DNA of 60,727 nt from Candidatus Iainarchaeum sp. (GTDB lineage Archaea; Iainarchaeota; Iainarchaeia; Iainarchaeales; Iainarchaeaceae): the NCBI GenBank assembly GCA_016202305.1, contig JACQPB010000025.1:1-60727 (forward strand), in the 5' to 3' direction. Below are positions 34,818-42,928 of the stretch, piece after piece (positions within the stretch are counted from its first letter, which is position 1; the number at the start of each line of letters is the position of its first letter). The notes under the pieces were generated by a model, which saw nothing but the letters and a program-made list of their open reading frames with translations, was not told the DNA's origin and searched no databases. The position numbers and the translations under genes are program-made.

Positions 34818-35034
34818 CGCGGGGAATGGGATTTGAACCCATGCTCCTGTGAAGGAACACGCTGGCTGCAACCTTTTTTCTTTTCTTTGCGAAGAAAAGA
34901 AAAAACGTTGACGAAAAAAGAAAAGAAAGCCTTGCCAGCTTATCTTTCTTTTCCGCTAACGCTTTTCTTTCTCTCGCAAGAGAAAGAAAAGGGTTATTCC
35001 AGGCGTGCGCATTAGACCGCTCTGCCATCCCCGC
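34818..35034 (-). tRNA. tRNA-Ser(GGA), class II, with 133-nt intron (34864-34996)
   Basis: GCGGGGA-TG-GCAGAGCGGTCTAATGC-G-CACGC-CTGGAA-[intron]-A-GCGTG-TTCCTTCACAGGAGC-ATGGG-TTCAAAT-CCCAT-TCCCCGC-G. Confidence 0.8.
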
Positions 35035-35040
35035 TCTCAC

Positions 35041-35073
35041 CTTTTTCTTTTTCTTGCGAAGAAAAAGAAAAAG
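35041..35073. repeat. Perfect 15-bp polypyrimidine/polypurine hairpin just 5' of tRNA-Ser(GGA)
   Basis: CTTTTTCTTTTTCTT-GCG-AAGAAAAAGAAAAAG. Same family as the hairpins inside the two tRNA introns. Confidence 0.9.
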
Positions 35074-35410
35074 CTGAACCAAAAAGAAAAAGAAAGGCTG
35101 TAACTTAACAATTTTCCCTTGGTAAAGGTTATAAAAGCTTGGCTGCCGCCAAAAGAATCAGTAAATGAAAGAAGGTAAGCCAGGGATCTGCTCCCCGAAG
35201 CGTTTCATCGGAGCCGGCTTTCGCCGGAATGCAGTATGGCTTACCCCCTTAACTCCCAATACGCAGTACCAATTGTCCCCTCTACTCTTTAAATATCTTA
35301 TTGGCCCTCCAAAAAAATTTTGGAAAAATGGGTTTCGATTTTCCCGGGCATCTGTTTTTATTGGTTTGTTCCCGGTCTGGGCCTCCGGCGGTTATTTGTC
35401 CGGCGTCACG

Positions 35411-36103
35411 TCATTTTTTCGCGGTTATGAAATACGAGTGGTGGCTGTGCCTTTCTTTCCTGTTGTACCCTGAGCCATGGTCGGGGTCGGTGTATGATGC
35501 CGAATCAACCATGAGGATTTCGAATTTTTCCAGCAGCTTTTCTACCTGGGGCATTGTGTAGAACCGCAGGTAGAACCCCTTTTGCAGGAATTCGTTTTCC
35601 CCTATCTTCTCCCCTTCCCCGCAGTGCGGGTCCTTTGTGGAAGTGAATTCCGCCAGCAAAAGGCCGCCTTTTTTGAGCAGCCTGTGGAATTCGCCCATTA
35701 TCGCCTGCGGGTTCTCCATGTGCGCAGTCACGAAATCGCAGATGATGATATCAAAAGAATTGTCCGGGAAAGCCATCTTTTCCAGGTTTTGCTTTTCAAG
35801 CTTCACGTCCAGCCCTTTGCAGTTCTGCCTGCATTTGTCCAGCGCCGATTGCGACATGTCCACGCCGGTTACCTCAAACCCCGCCCTTGCGAACTCCATG
35901 AGGTTTCTCCCGTCCCCACAGCCGGCGTCAAGAACCGATTTGAGACCCAGGCGCTTTAGGTATTCTGTCTTGGCTGAAAAGAAAGGCGAGGCGTTCTCTC
36001 TCCACACGGAAAGCCTGCCGCCCCTGAAGCCGTCGTACACGCCGTCCCATTGCTTTGCCAGCCCAGTTTCCCTCTTGCCCATGCAATTCACTTGCCGCAT
36101 CAT
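35411..36103 (-). CDS. Class I SAM-dependent methyltransferase
   Basis: 230 aa with 'VLDAGCGDGRN' motif I and 'FDIIICDFV' motif II. Confidence 0.75.
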   Translation of the reverse strand: MMRQVNCMGKRETGLAKQWDGVYDGFRGGRLSVWRENASPFFSAKTEYLKRLGLKSVLDAGCGDGRNLMEFARAGFEVTGVDMSQSALDKCRQNCKGLDVKLEKQNLEKMAFPDNSFDIIICDFVTAHMENPQAIMGEFHRLLKKGGLLLAEFTSTKDPHCGEGEKIGENEFLQKGFYLRFYTMPQVEKLLEKFEILMVDSASYTDPDHGSGYNRKERHSHHSYFITAKK

Positions 36104-36115
36104 CCAATGATAATT

Positions 36116-37129
36116 TCACTTCCCGCCCTTCTGCATGTATTCGAGCGCGGCCGTGTTCAGGCCGTTCCTTGCGGCGTCTATGTCCGTGTATTTCCTGCAG
36201 TCGAACCTTGCCGTTATGGTGAATGCGTCCTTCGTGACTTTATCCGCCGTGACCTGGAACCCTTCCAGTATGGCCCCTTCCTTGGCCATTTCGCCGAGTT
36301 TTCTTGCCGTGGCGGAAATCGCGTCCCCGGCCTTCACGCTTACCGGGAACTCTATGGGCACGGAACCTGCGTATCCCCCGCGCCTGCGCGAAAGGTTTAT
36401 CGCCCTCTGCTTCGCGAACTCGCTGTTGGACATCACCACTATGTTGCCTTCGGTGTCCTCCAGCTTCGTGCTGCGGACGCCTATTTTCTTCAGTATCATG
36501 ACTTCGCCTGAAACTAGCCGGATGTATTCGTTGTATACGCATGGCCTGTCTATCTGGAGCGCGAGGCCGGCGAAGACGTTGGCGAGCGTTTCCTGTGACG
36601 CAAGGCCGACTATTATTCCGACGATGCTCGTTATGGCGAGTATGCCGGTTATGTCAATGCCGAGCGCTGCCAGCGCTATCGTGGCTCCGAACATGAGTAT
36701 GAGGAGCTTCGAGAGTTTCCTCGCGAACGGTATGAGGGTTGCGTCTATTGCCTTGGACTTGTGGCTGATGTAGGCCCACTTGAGCAGCGCTCCCGCGATT
36801 TCGGAGAGCAGGTAGGCGGCGAGCATTACGAGTATGGAGTACAGGTATGCCCCGATTGCCCTGTTGATGAACGAGAGGTTTTCCACGAGGCCGGAGGCCG
36901 TGTACAATATGAAAATTATGAGTATGAGCTCCATGGGCCTTTCAATGTACTCGAAAATCAGGTCATCGAGCTGCGTGGCCGTGTTTTTCGCCAGTGCGTT
37001 GAATGCCCTCGTGAAAACTGCATGGAGCGCCTTTCCGGCGAAGTACCCTGCCGCGAGTATGGCAACAAGCTCTGCCGCCGCAATCGCGAATTGCAGCAGG
37101 TCGAGTTCTGGTATGGCCATGTGAGTCAC
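36116..37129 (-). CDS. Small-conductance mechanosensitive channel (MscS family)
   Basis: 337 aa with 'GLASQETLANVFAGLALQIDRP' and 'GVRSTKLEDTEGNIVVMSNSEF'. Confidence 0.82.
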   Translation of the reverse strand: MTHMAIPELDLLQFAIAAAELVAILAAGYFAGKALHAVFTRAFNALAKNTATQLDDLIFEYIERPMELILIIFILYTASGLVENLSFINRAIGAYLYSILVMLAAYLLSEIAGALLKWAYISHKSKAIDATLIPFARKLSKLLILMFGATIALAALGIDITGILAITSIVGIIVGLASQETLANVFAGLALQIDRPCVYNEYIRLVSGEVMILKKIGVRSTKLEDTEGNIVVMSNSEFAKQRAINLSRRRGGYAGSVPIEFPVSVKAGDAISATARKLGEMAKEGAILEGFQVTADKVTKDAFTITARFDCRKYTDIDAARNGLNTAALEYMQKGGK

Positions 37130-37227
37130 TTTTCCGAGGTATGCTAATGTCCGTGCTCATTTTTTTTGTTATAATGCCTTGATGGATTGCTTTTTGGTGC
37201 GGGCGTTTTTTTGTGCTGCTGGCCTCC

Positions 37228-38481
37228 TCAGGGCACCCGCTCTCCGGCGCGTGCATGCGCCGCTTTTTTGCCGAGGTAATTTTTCCCTATGAACTCCTCT
37301 ATCTTGTCGAATGCCTCGCCGAGGGTCTGCTCCGGCGGCAGGAACACGACGCGGAAGTGGTGCGTGCCTTTCTTCTGGCCGAAGCCTTCGCCGTAAACCA
37401 CGAGGACACCGGTTTCCTTGAGCAGCCCTATCACGAATTCCTTGTCAGAATCGTTCGGGAGCGGGAAGTTTATGCGCGGGTATGCATAGAACGCTCCCTT
37501 GGGCTTGACGCAGCTCAGGCCCTCTATCTCGTTGAGCCTCTTGTATGTGAGGTCGCGCCTCCTCTGGAGCTTCGGCACCAGTTCCTTGAGGTGCCCCTGC
37601 GGGCCGTTGAGGGCGGCTTCCATGGCGAACTGCACCGGCGCCACAGTCGAGAGGCGCAGGCGCGAGAACTTCTTTATCGCCTCGAAGTAATCGGTCATGG
37701 CGCCCTCCGGGTCGTGCCTGTACAGCCAGCCGCCCCTGAAGCCCGGCGCGAGGTAGTTCTTTGATATGCTGCCGAATGAAATGACCGGCACGTCCTTGGC
37801 TAGGGACGCCATCGAGGTGAATTTTTCGCCGTCGAACATGAGCTGGTCATAAGTTTCGTCCGCGAATATAGGAATATTGTTGGCCCCCGCCACGTCAATC
37901 ACTTTTTTGAGCGCGCTTTTAGGGTACGCGCCGCCAGTGGGGTTGTTGGGGCTTATGACGACTATCGCCCTTGTCTTGGCATTGACCTGCTTCTCCATCT
38001 GTCCGACATCAGGCTCCCATTCTTTTTCCTCGTCAAGGTCGTACCTGTTGGCCTTGCACTCGAGGAATGCGAGCTCGCCAGTGTATATGGAATACCCTGG
38101 GTTAGGGAGCATGCAGTTCTCTCCGGGGTTCATCAATGCCTGCATGGAAAGCGTTATGGCCTCGCTGCCGCCGACGAATGTGAGCACGTCCTCGGCGCTG
38201 ACTTCCGGCGCGCCCATCCTCATGGCATAATCCGCGACGGCCTTCCTCGCGCCGAGCGTTCCGAGCGAATCAGTGTAGCCCTCGGCCTTTTCCTTGTTGT
38301 CGAGCATCGCCTGCCACATGTGCTCCGGCGTCCTGTAGTCGTACACCATGGGGTCGCCGATGTTGAGGTAGAGCACTTTTTTGCCGCTCTTTTCAACCTG
38401 CTGCGCTATCGGCACCACATCCCTTATCGCGTGCCTTATTTCTGCCGTCCTCTTCGCGGGCTGTATGGGTTTCAAGCTCAA
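37228..38481 (-). CDS. PLP-dependent aminotransferase, class I/II (Asp/Ala aminotransferase-like)
   Basis: 417 aa with 'NPNNPTGG' and 'SFGSISKNYLAPGFRGGW' (PLP lysine). Confidence 0.82.
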   Translation of the reverse strand: MSLKPIQPAKRTAEIRHAIRDVVPIAQQVEKSGKKVLYLNIGDPMVYDYRTPEHMWQAMLDNKEKAEGYTDSLGTLGARKAVADYAMRMGAPEVSAEDVLTFVGGSEAITLSMQALMNPGENCMLPNPGYSIYTGELAFLECKANRYDLDEEKEWEPDVGQMEKQVNAKTRAIVVISPNNPTGGAYPKSALKKVIDVAGANNIPIFADETYDQLMFDGEKFTSMASLAKDVPVISFGSISKNYLAPGFRGGWLYRHDPEGAMTDYFEAIKKFSRLRLSTVAPVQFAMEAALNGPQGHLKELVPKLQRRRDLTYKRLNEIEGLSCVKPKGAFYAYPRINFPLPNDSDKEFVIGLLKETGVLVVYGEGFGQKKGTHHFRVVFLPPEQTLGEAFDKIEEFIGKNYLGKKAAHARAGERVP

Positions 38482-38604
38482 TACCGGACTAAATTAGCCT
38501 GAAAAGGTTTTAATTTGCATGTGCTTGGACCAATTGGCCATATATATTATCGGCGTGGCCGCACACATGGCAGAGCCTTGCCAGCCTTTATTGCGGTATC
38601 GGTA

Positions 38605-38880
38605 TCAGCACATCTTTGCGATGATGTAGCCTGCCACTGTGCCTATGGCAAACCATAGCAGGAGCCCTATCAAGAAGCCTATTGGCTCGAAAGGCTTCAC
38701 AGCGAACTGTATAGTGCTGTGGGTCATTGGTAGCCAGCTATCTTCAGGGCCATGTCCGGAGCCGTGTACAGGATTATCCCGCACAGGGCAGAGAGCCCCG
38801 CGAAAAGCGCCCCGAGCCTTAATCCGAATCCTTTTGCGTCCTGCATTTTCTTCCCTCCATTTTTCTGTTCGATTGGCCAT
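38605..38880 (-). CDS. Small membrane protein (start uncertain)
   Basis: 91-aa track ORF. Only the C-terminal 'PIGFLIGLLLWFAIGTVAGYIIAKMC' looks protein-like; the real start may be MTHSTIQF. Confidence 0.3.
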   Translation of the reverse strand: MANRTEKWREENAGRKRIRIKARGAFRGALCPVRDNPVHGSGHGPEDSWLPMTHSTIQFAVKPFEPIGFLIGLLLWFAIGTVAGYIIAKMC

Positions 38881-38883
38881 TGC

Positions 38884-39150
38884 TTATTTTGCGGCCCAAT
38901 TGTAGGAGACCGCTATCAGGTAGCCCAGCACTGCGCCGAATACTGCGCCTATTATTATGTTGCCTATCCATCCTGTGGCCGAGAATGCGCCCATGTTGAA
39001 TTGCACACTGTTGTACATCATCATGTTATATGCTCCCCTCATCATGTTTGGCGCTCCAAGGTATGCAAGCCCGAAGAGTGCGTGCAGTACGCCTGATGCC
39101 ACCGCGCCTGAAACTATCGCGCCCTTTACACCCAGTTTTTCCATTGTCAT
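38884..39150 (-). CDS. Small Gly/Ala/Met-rich membrane protein
   Basis: 88 aa with two hydrophobic segments. Same strand as the redox genes. Confidence 0.4.
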   Translation of the reverse strand: MTMEKLGVKGAIVSGAVASGVLHALFGLAYLGAPNMMRGAYNMMMYNSVQFNMGAFSATGWIGNIIIGAVFGAVLGYLIAVSYNWAAK

Positions 39151-39184
39151 GCCTCCTCCGTGAATCCTTATTTGTTTTATTTGC

Positions 39185-39439
39185 TTACCTTATTTTTTCC
39201 TTGTTTATTAACTTTTCCATGAGTTCTTTTTCGCTTGGCACTCCTGAAAACTCCAGTTTGCCATCAATTACTATGCCAGGCATTGCAGTGAACCTGTACT
39301 TTTCCAGCAAATCAGGCCTCCCCATAACGTTTATTTCATGTATTTCGAGCGGCACCTTCAGGGCTATGTGCTGGAGGATTTTCTTTGCCTGCGCGCATGG
39401 TGCGCATCCGGGCGTCGAGAGTACTAATACCTCTTTCAT
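39185..39439 (-). CDS. Thioredoxin/glutaredoxin-like small protein
   Basis: 84 aa with a 'STPGCAPCAQAK' CxxC motif. Confidence 0.75.
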   Translation of the reverse strand: MKEVLVLSTPGCAPCAQAKKILQHIALKVPLEIHEINVMGRPDLLEKYRFTAMPGIVIDGKLEFSGVPSEKELMEKLINKEKIR

Positions 39440-39445
39440 GTCAAC

Positions 39446-39586
39446 TCACTTTTTCACGAATTTTTTCGGGTCCCTGTCGAACACGCCTTTGCAGCCCGTG
39501 CAGCAGAAGTAATATGTTTCCCCATTGTACTGGCTCTTTGCCGAGCTCTCGCTTACATTCATCCCGCACACCATGTCCCTTGCCAT
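39446..39586 (-). CDS. YHS/TRASH-type metal-binding mini-protein (46 aa; alternative start 39625)
   Basis: Below the track cutoff. GGAGGTG sits 8 nt upstream of the ATG. MARDMVCGMNVSESSAKSQYNGETYYFCCTGCKGVFDRDPKKFVKK. Confidence 0.6.
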   Translation of the reverse strand: MARDMVCGMNVSESSAKSQYNGETYYFCCTGCKGVFDRDPKKFVKK

Positions 39587-39612
39587 TATCCATGCACCTC
39601 CGCTTTTTTTGC

Positions 39613-39763
39613 AGTAATCCATCATTATATGGCCTATCTCGGCCCAAGCCGGGATAGCCGCCTTGTACCTTCAGGTACGAGGCCCAGTGCCCGATGGGCG
39701 CCGGGTCGCTCCCAACAAATCTTGGCCCTTCCGAGGCGCACTCTTGGACGAAACGGTTGTTTT
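39613..39763. repeat. Repeat family A, copy 2
   Basis: About 93% identical to 7810-7960, same orientation. Its TATA end abuts the YHS gene. Confidence 0.85.
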
Positions 39764-39770
39764 TCGTAAT

Positions 39771-39929
39771 TTACTTTATGAATGCGAACAGCAGCCCTGC
39801 CACTAGCACTCCTATCAGGAGCAGTGCGGCCATTGGCAGCCAGCTAGGGCCTGAGTTATCGTGGCCGTTATTGTTGCCATTTTGCCCATCCCCACCATGA
39901 TTGTGCTCTCCGCCTCCGCAGCAATTCAC
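39771..39929 (-). CDS. 52-aa Cys/His/Asn/Gly-rich, C-terminally anchored mini-protein
   Basis: Below the track cutoff. Its GTG overlaps the ccdA-like stop (GTGA). (M)NCCGGGEHNHGGDGQNGNNNGHDNSGPSWLPMAALLLIGVLVAGLLFAFIK. Confidence 0.4.
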   Translation of the reverse strand: MNCCGGGEHNHGGDGQNGNNNGHDNSGPSWLPMAALLLIGVLVAGLLFAFIK

Positions 39930-40789
39930 TTTTCCACCTCCTTTTTTGCAGTGACTTTCCTATACAAGTATAATGTCCCTATGATTAGCAGGGCAAAGAA
40001 TACCCAATCCGGGATTATTTTTGCCGCCTGCAGCGCTTTTCCCTGGAGGCTTTGGAGCCACATCGCAAATGCTATTTGTTCGCTTGTGGCCGCAGTGATT
40101 TTGTTTGTGAATGCCGCTATGAGGGTGAATGCGCCGATTATTGTCAGGATTGCGCCTGATAGTATGCTTGTCGAGTGCAGTTCAATGTTTTTCCCTAAAA
40201 GCCGCAGGCTGAAGTTTTTCCCCTTGACAAGGGGATTTTCCGAGAGGTTATATTTGTCCCACAGCAGCGCAAGCGCCACGAGCGGTATCACCATTCCGAG
40301 CACGTAAGCCCACCCGAGGAAAAATGCCTGCACGAAAGAGGCGCTTATGAGCGAGAGCGTGAGCACCCCTGCGAGCACGGGCAGGCAGCATGAGCTTGCA
40401 AAGCCCGAGAATAGGCCGAGCTGGTAGACGGTGATTGCGTCCATTTTTTCCATGCTCGGCGCTTTAGGCTTGAATGGCATTGAAAGTGTCCTTCCTACGA
40501 GGGTGAAGATGCCAAGCAGCAGCATGAAGAGGCCGCCAGCAATGAATATTTCCTTGTGGAATTGTGTTGCCAGTTGCCCGAGGCCTGCAAGGCCAATCCC
40601 TATTGGGATTAGTATTGTTGCAAGGCCGAGCGTGAAGATGAGCGTCATTTTGAGTATCTGTTTTTTTTCCTTGAGTGCGAAAGCGAAGTATGCGGGGAGG
40701 AGGAATGTTATGCAGCAGGGCGCGAAGAAAGCCACCGCGCCGCTCAGGAAAGCGGCGAGTATTGACGCCGCGAAGAACTCCAATATCAT
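39926..40789 (-). CDS. CcdA/DsbD-family thiol-disulfide transporter membrane protein
   Basis: 287 aa polytopic protein with paired-Cys TM motifs 'FFAPCCITFLLPAYF' and 'FASSCCLPVLAGV'. Confidence 0.6.
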   Translation of the reverse strand: MILEFFAASILAAFLSGAVAFFAPCCITFLLPAYFAFALKEKKQILKMTLIFTLGLATILIPIGIGLAGLGQLATQFHKEIFIAGGLFMLLLGIFTLVGRTLSMPFKPKAPSMEKMDAITVYQLGLFSGFASSCCLPVLAGVLTLSLISASFVQAFFLGWAYVLGMVIPLVALALLWDKYNLSENPLVKGKNFSLRLLGKNIELHSTSILSGAILTIIGAFTLIAAFTNKITAATSEQIAFAMWLQSLQGKALQAAKIIPDWVFFALLIIGTLYLYRKVTAKKEVEK

Positions 40790-41424
40790 TGCCCTGCACC
40801 CGTTCCCATGAGGCCAGTTTTTACGCTGCTTAGGATATTGTCAACCGGCACGTACATTGTTCCGGTTCCGCCTGAGTGGTGGTCGCCGTTCTTTGGCGGC
40901 TGGTATGCGCTGAACCTCCACATTATTGTGCCGCTCTTGTCAATGAGCACGAAGACGTGGCCAGGCCTTTCTCCGGGGTGCATGCTGTCCTGCAGTACAT
41001 CATACTTTGCCGATGCAGTGAGGCTGTTGTCGTAGAGGAGCGTGTTTCTGATTCCGTATTGCGCTTTTGCCTGTGCGAGCGCTCCGGGAGAGTCTACTGT
41101 AATCATGACCACCTGCGTGTCGAGGGCGTCAAATTCCGCCTGCCTTTTTTCAATGTCCACCTGCTGGTACCAGCAGGCGGGGCACATTATGCCTTCCTGG
41201 AAGTATAATAGGACATTTTTCTTTCCCCGGAGTTCCGAGAGCATGAATTGCCCGCCGCCCACCATTGGCAATGTGAAATCCGGTGCCATGTCGCCTTCAT
41301 TGAACTCTGCGCCATTGTTGTTATTTGCTCCTAACAGCCCCCAGCCTATGAGCCCTGCGATTAGTATTATTCCTGCGAATGGCAGTATTTTTCCGAGTAT
41401 TCCTTCAGCGCCCATTTTTTCCAT
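40786..41424 (-). CDS. Membrane-anchored redoxin (AhpC/TSA-TlpA-like thiol-disulfide oxidoreductase)
   Basis: 212 aa. N-terminal TM, then 'APDFTLPMVGGGQFMLSELRGKKNVLLYFQEGIMCPACWYQ'. Confidence 0.7.
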   Translation of the reverse strand: MEKMGAEGILGKILPFAGIILIAGLIGWGLLGANNNNGAEFNEGDMAPDFTLPMVGGGQFMLSELRGKKNVLLYFQEGIMCPACWYQQVDIEKRQAEFDALDTQVVMITVDSPGALAQAKAQYGIRNTLLYDNSLTASAKYDVLQDSMHPGERPGHVFVLIDKSGTIMWRFSAYQPPKNGDHHSGGTGTMYVPVDNILSSVKTGLMGTGAGQ

Positions 41425-41430
41425 CTCCCA

Positions 41431-41556
41431 TCAGTAACCGAATATCGTCCAGCCCGGATGCATTGCCTTCTGCATCAACACAAAGGCAATTGCGAGGGCA
41501 AATATCCAGAACCCGTTCTTGAGCCATGGCTTGTACTTTTCCCATTCTAGTGGCAT
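41431..41556 (-). CDS. 41-aa membrane mini-protein
   Basis: Internal ATG of the track ORF: MPLEWEKYKPWLKNGFWIFALAIAFVLMQKAMHPGWTIFGY. Confidence 0.3.
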   Translation of the reverse strand: MPLEWEKYKPWLKNGFWIFALAIAFVLMQKAMHPGWTIFGY

Positions 41557-41753
41557 GCCTTGCCCTCCTTTGGGCCAAAAAAAGTCATTGCTATGTGAGA
41601 GCCGACGCATGCAAACAGCGCAAGGCCGTATACCCACCAGCCCGTAAAGCCGAGCAGCTGGAGTGCTATTATGAGGATTACAGGCAGCATGCAGCACACC
41701 GCCATTTGGGCAAAATGGTTTGACCTTATTTCGTTCAAGATTTTTCCGAGCAT
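41547..41753 (-). CDS. 68-aa two-TM protein with CC and C-terminal Cys/His motifs
   Basis: MLGKILNEIRSNHFAQMAVCCMLPV...ACVGSHIAMTFFGPKEGKACH. Confidence 0.35.
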   Translation of the reverse strand: MLGKILNEIRSNHFAQMAVCCMLPVILIIALQLLGFTGWWVYGLALFACVGSHIAMTFFGPKEGKACH

Positions 41754-41772
41754 CGGGTGTTTCCTCCTTTGT

Positions 41773-42645
41773 TCACTGTTGCCGTAGTGTTTCGACAACC
41801 TCATTTTTGTTCAGGTCAAGGTACTTTATTCCGCCGATGGCCCCCAGTTCCCTGAAGACAAAGCTATTGTCCGGCTCGACGCTTCCAATCTCTTTCCACG
41901 ATTCCGGAAAGCCACTGTAGGCGTTGAGGTCTCCGGAAATGATGAAGGTCGGCAGTTTTTCCAGCCCATACTTCGACACCAGTTCTTTTCCCCGAGGGGA
42001 ATCATACCTTAGCGTTTCCTGGCTGATTGGCCTTATGCCAAAGGCGTTTTGCAGTATTTGCGTGAACACTTCATTGGCATCAAACACTCCATTCTTGTCA
42101 GGCACCGAGATAAACGCCGCATTTATTTCTCCGCGCAGCTTTCCAGTGCTTGTTTCGAGGTAAACCGGCGGGATGTTCCTGAGCACCATTGTGCCGTCGC
42201 TTTCAACGGAGCCGATTTTTGGCCAGTTCTGGGATAACGTAGCCGCCTTTTTTGTCTCGCCTTCCAAAAGCATGGCCGGGATTCTTTCAATACTGTATTT
42301 TTCGATTAATTGCTTTGCCTCGCCCGAATCTTTTTCAAGGGTTTTTTCGCCAATTACCTTAATGTCTGGCAATTGTTTTAGTTGGAGTAGAAGTGATAAA
42401 AGTGAGGCAATGTTTTTATGTGGAGAAGACACTATGAGTGTCAGGGTTATTTCTGCCGGTTCGGGAGTTGGCTGGCTCTTGACGGGGTTTGTGTCGCCCT
42501 TTGCGCCCATGCTTGAGACAACGAGGTCCCTTGCCTCTATTTTTGCTTCCGCGGCTTGGATTGAGATTGTTCCGTAAAGCAGGGCAATTATTGTGATTGC
42601 CGCTGCAGCCCCTATTACCGTGAAAACTTTTTGTTCGTCTGGCAT
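41773..42645 (-). CDS. Membrane-anchored protein with two thioredoxin-fold-like repeats lacking CxxC (hypothetical)
   Basis: 290 aa. Internal repeat 'AKQLIEKYSIERIPAMLLEGE' / 'GKELVSKYGLEKLPTFIISGD'. Confidence 0.4.
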   Translation of the reverse strand: MPDEQKVFTVIGAAAAITIIALLYGTISIQAAEAKIEARDLVVSSMGAKGDTNPVKSQPTPEPAEITLTLIVSSPHKNIASLLSLLLQLKQLPDIKVIGEKTLEKDSGEAKQLIEKYSIERIPAMLLEGETKKAATLSQNWPKIGSVESDGTMVLRNIPPVYLETSTGKLRGEINAAFISVPDKNGVFDANEVFTQILQNAFGIRPISQETLRYDSPRGKELVSKYGLEKLPTFIISGDLNAYSGFPESWKEIGSVEPDNSFVFRELGAIGGIKYLDLNKNEVVETLRQQ

Positions 42646-42663
42646 TTCATATCCTCCTTTTTG

Positions 42664-42909
42664 TCATTTCAGGCATTGGGCGTACCTGTCGGGGTGGTGG
42701 CCGAGGTGTTCTTCCCATTTCACCGGGTCTTCTCCGGGCGGAACGGCACAAATATCGTTCGGGTCTTCCTTGGCTGAGAACTGCCCAAAGTTCTGGCTGT
42801 TGTTTTCCAGTTTTTTTACAGGGGTTTCCGAGAGCGAGAAGTACAGGAGCGCAACCCCTGCTATTATTGCCACTGCGAGTATTCCCGTCACGATTTTTTC
42901 GTTGTCCAC
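42664..42909 (-). CDS. Small membrane-anchored protein, first gene of the redox operon
   Basis: 81 aa. GTG start, one TM, C-terminal 'HLGHHPDRYAQC'. Confidence 0.4.
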   Translation of the reverse strand: MDNEKIVTGILAVAIIAGVALLYFSLSETPVKKLENNSQNFGQFSAKEDPNDICAVPPGEDPVKWEEHLGHHPDRYAQCLK

Positions 42910-42928
42910 GATTTTCAGCTCATTTAAA

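Noticed and set aside
34864-35100. Possible CRISPR-like or tandem array suggested by the recurring aagaaaaag/ctttttctt blocks
   Set aside because: There is no constant repeat with unique spacers. The blocks are self-complementary hairpins located inside a tRNA intron and its flank.
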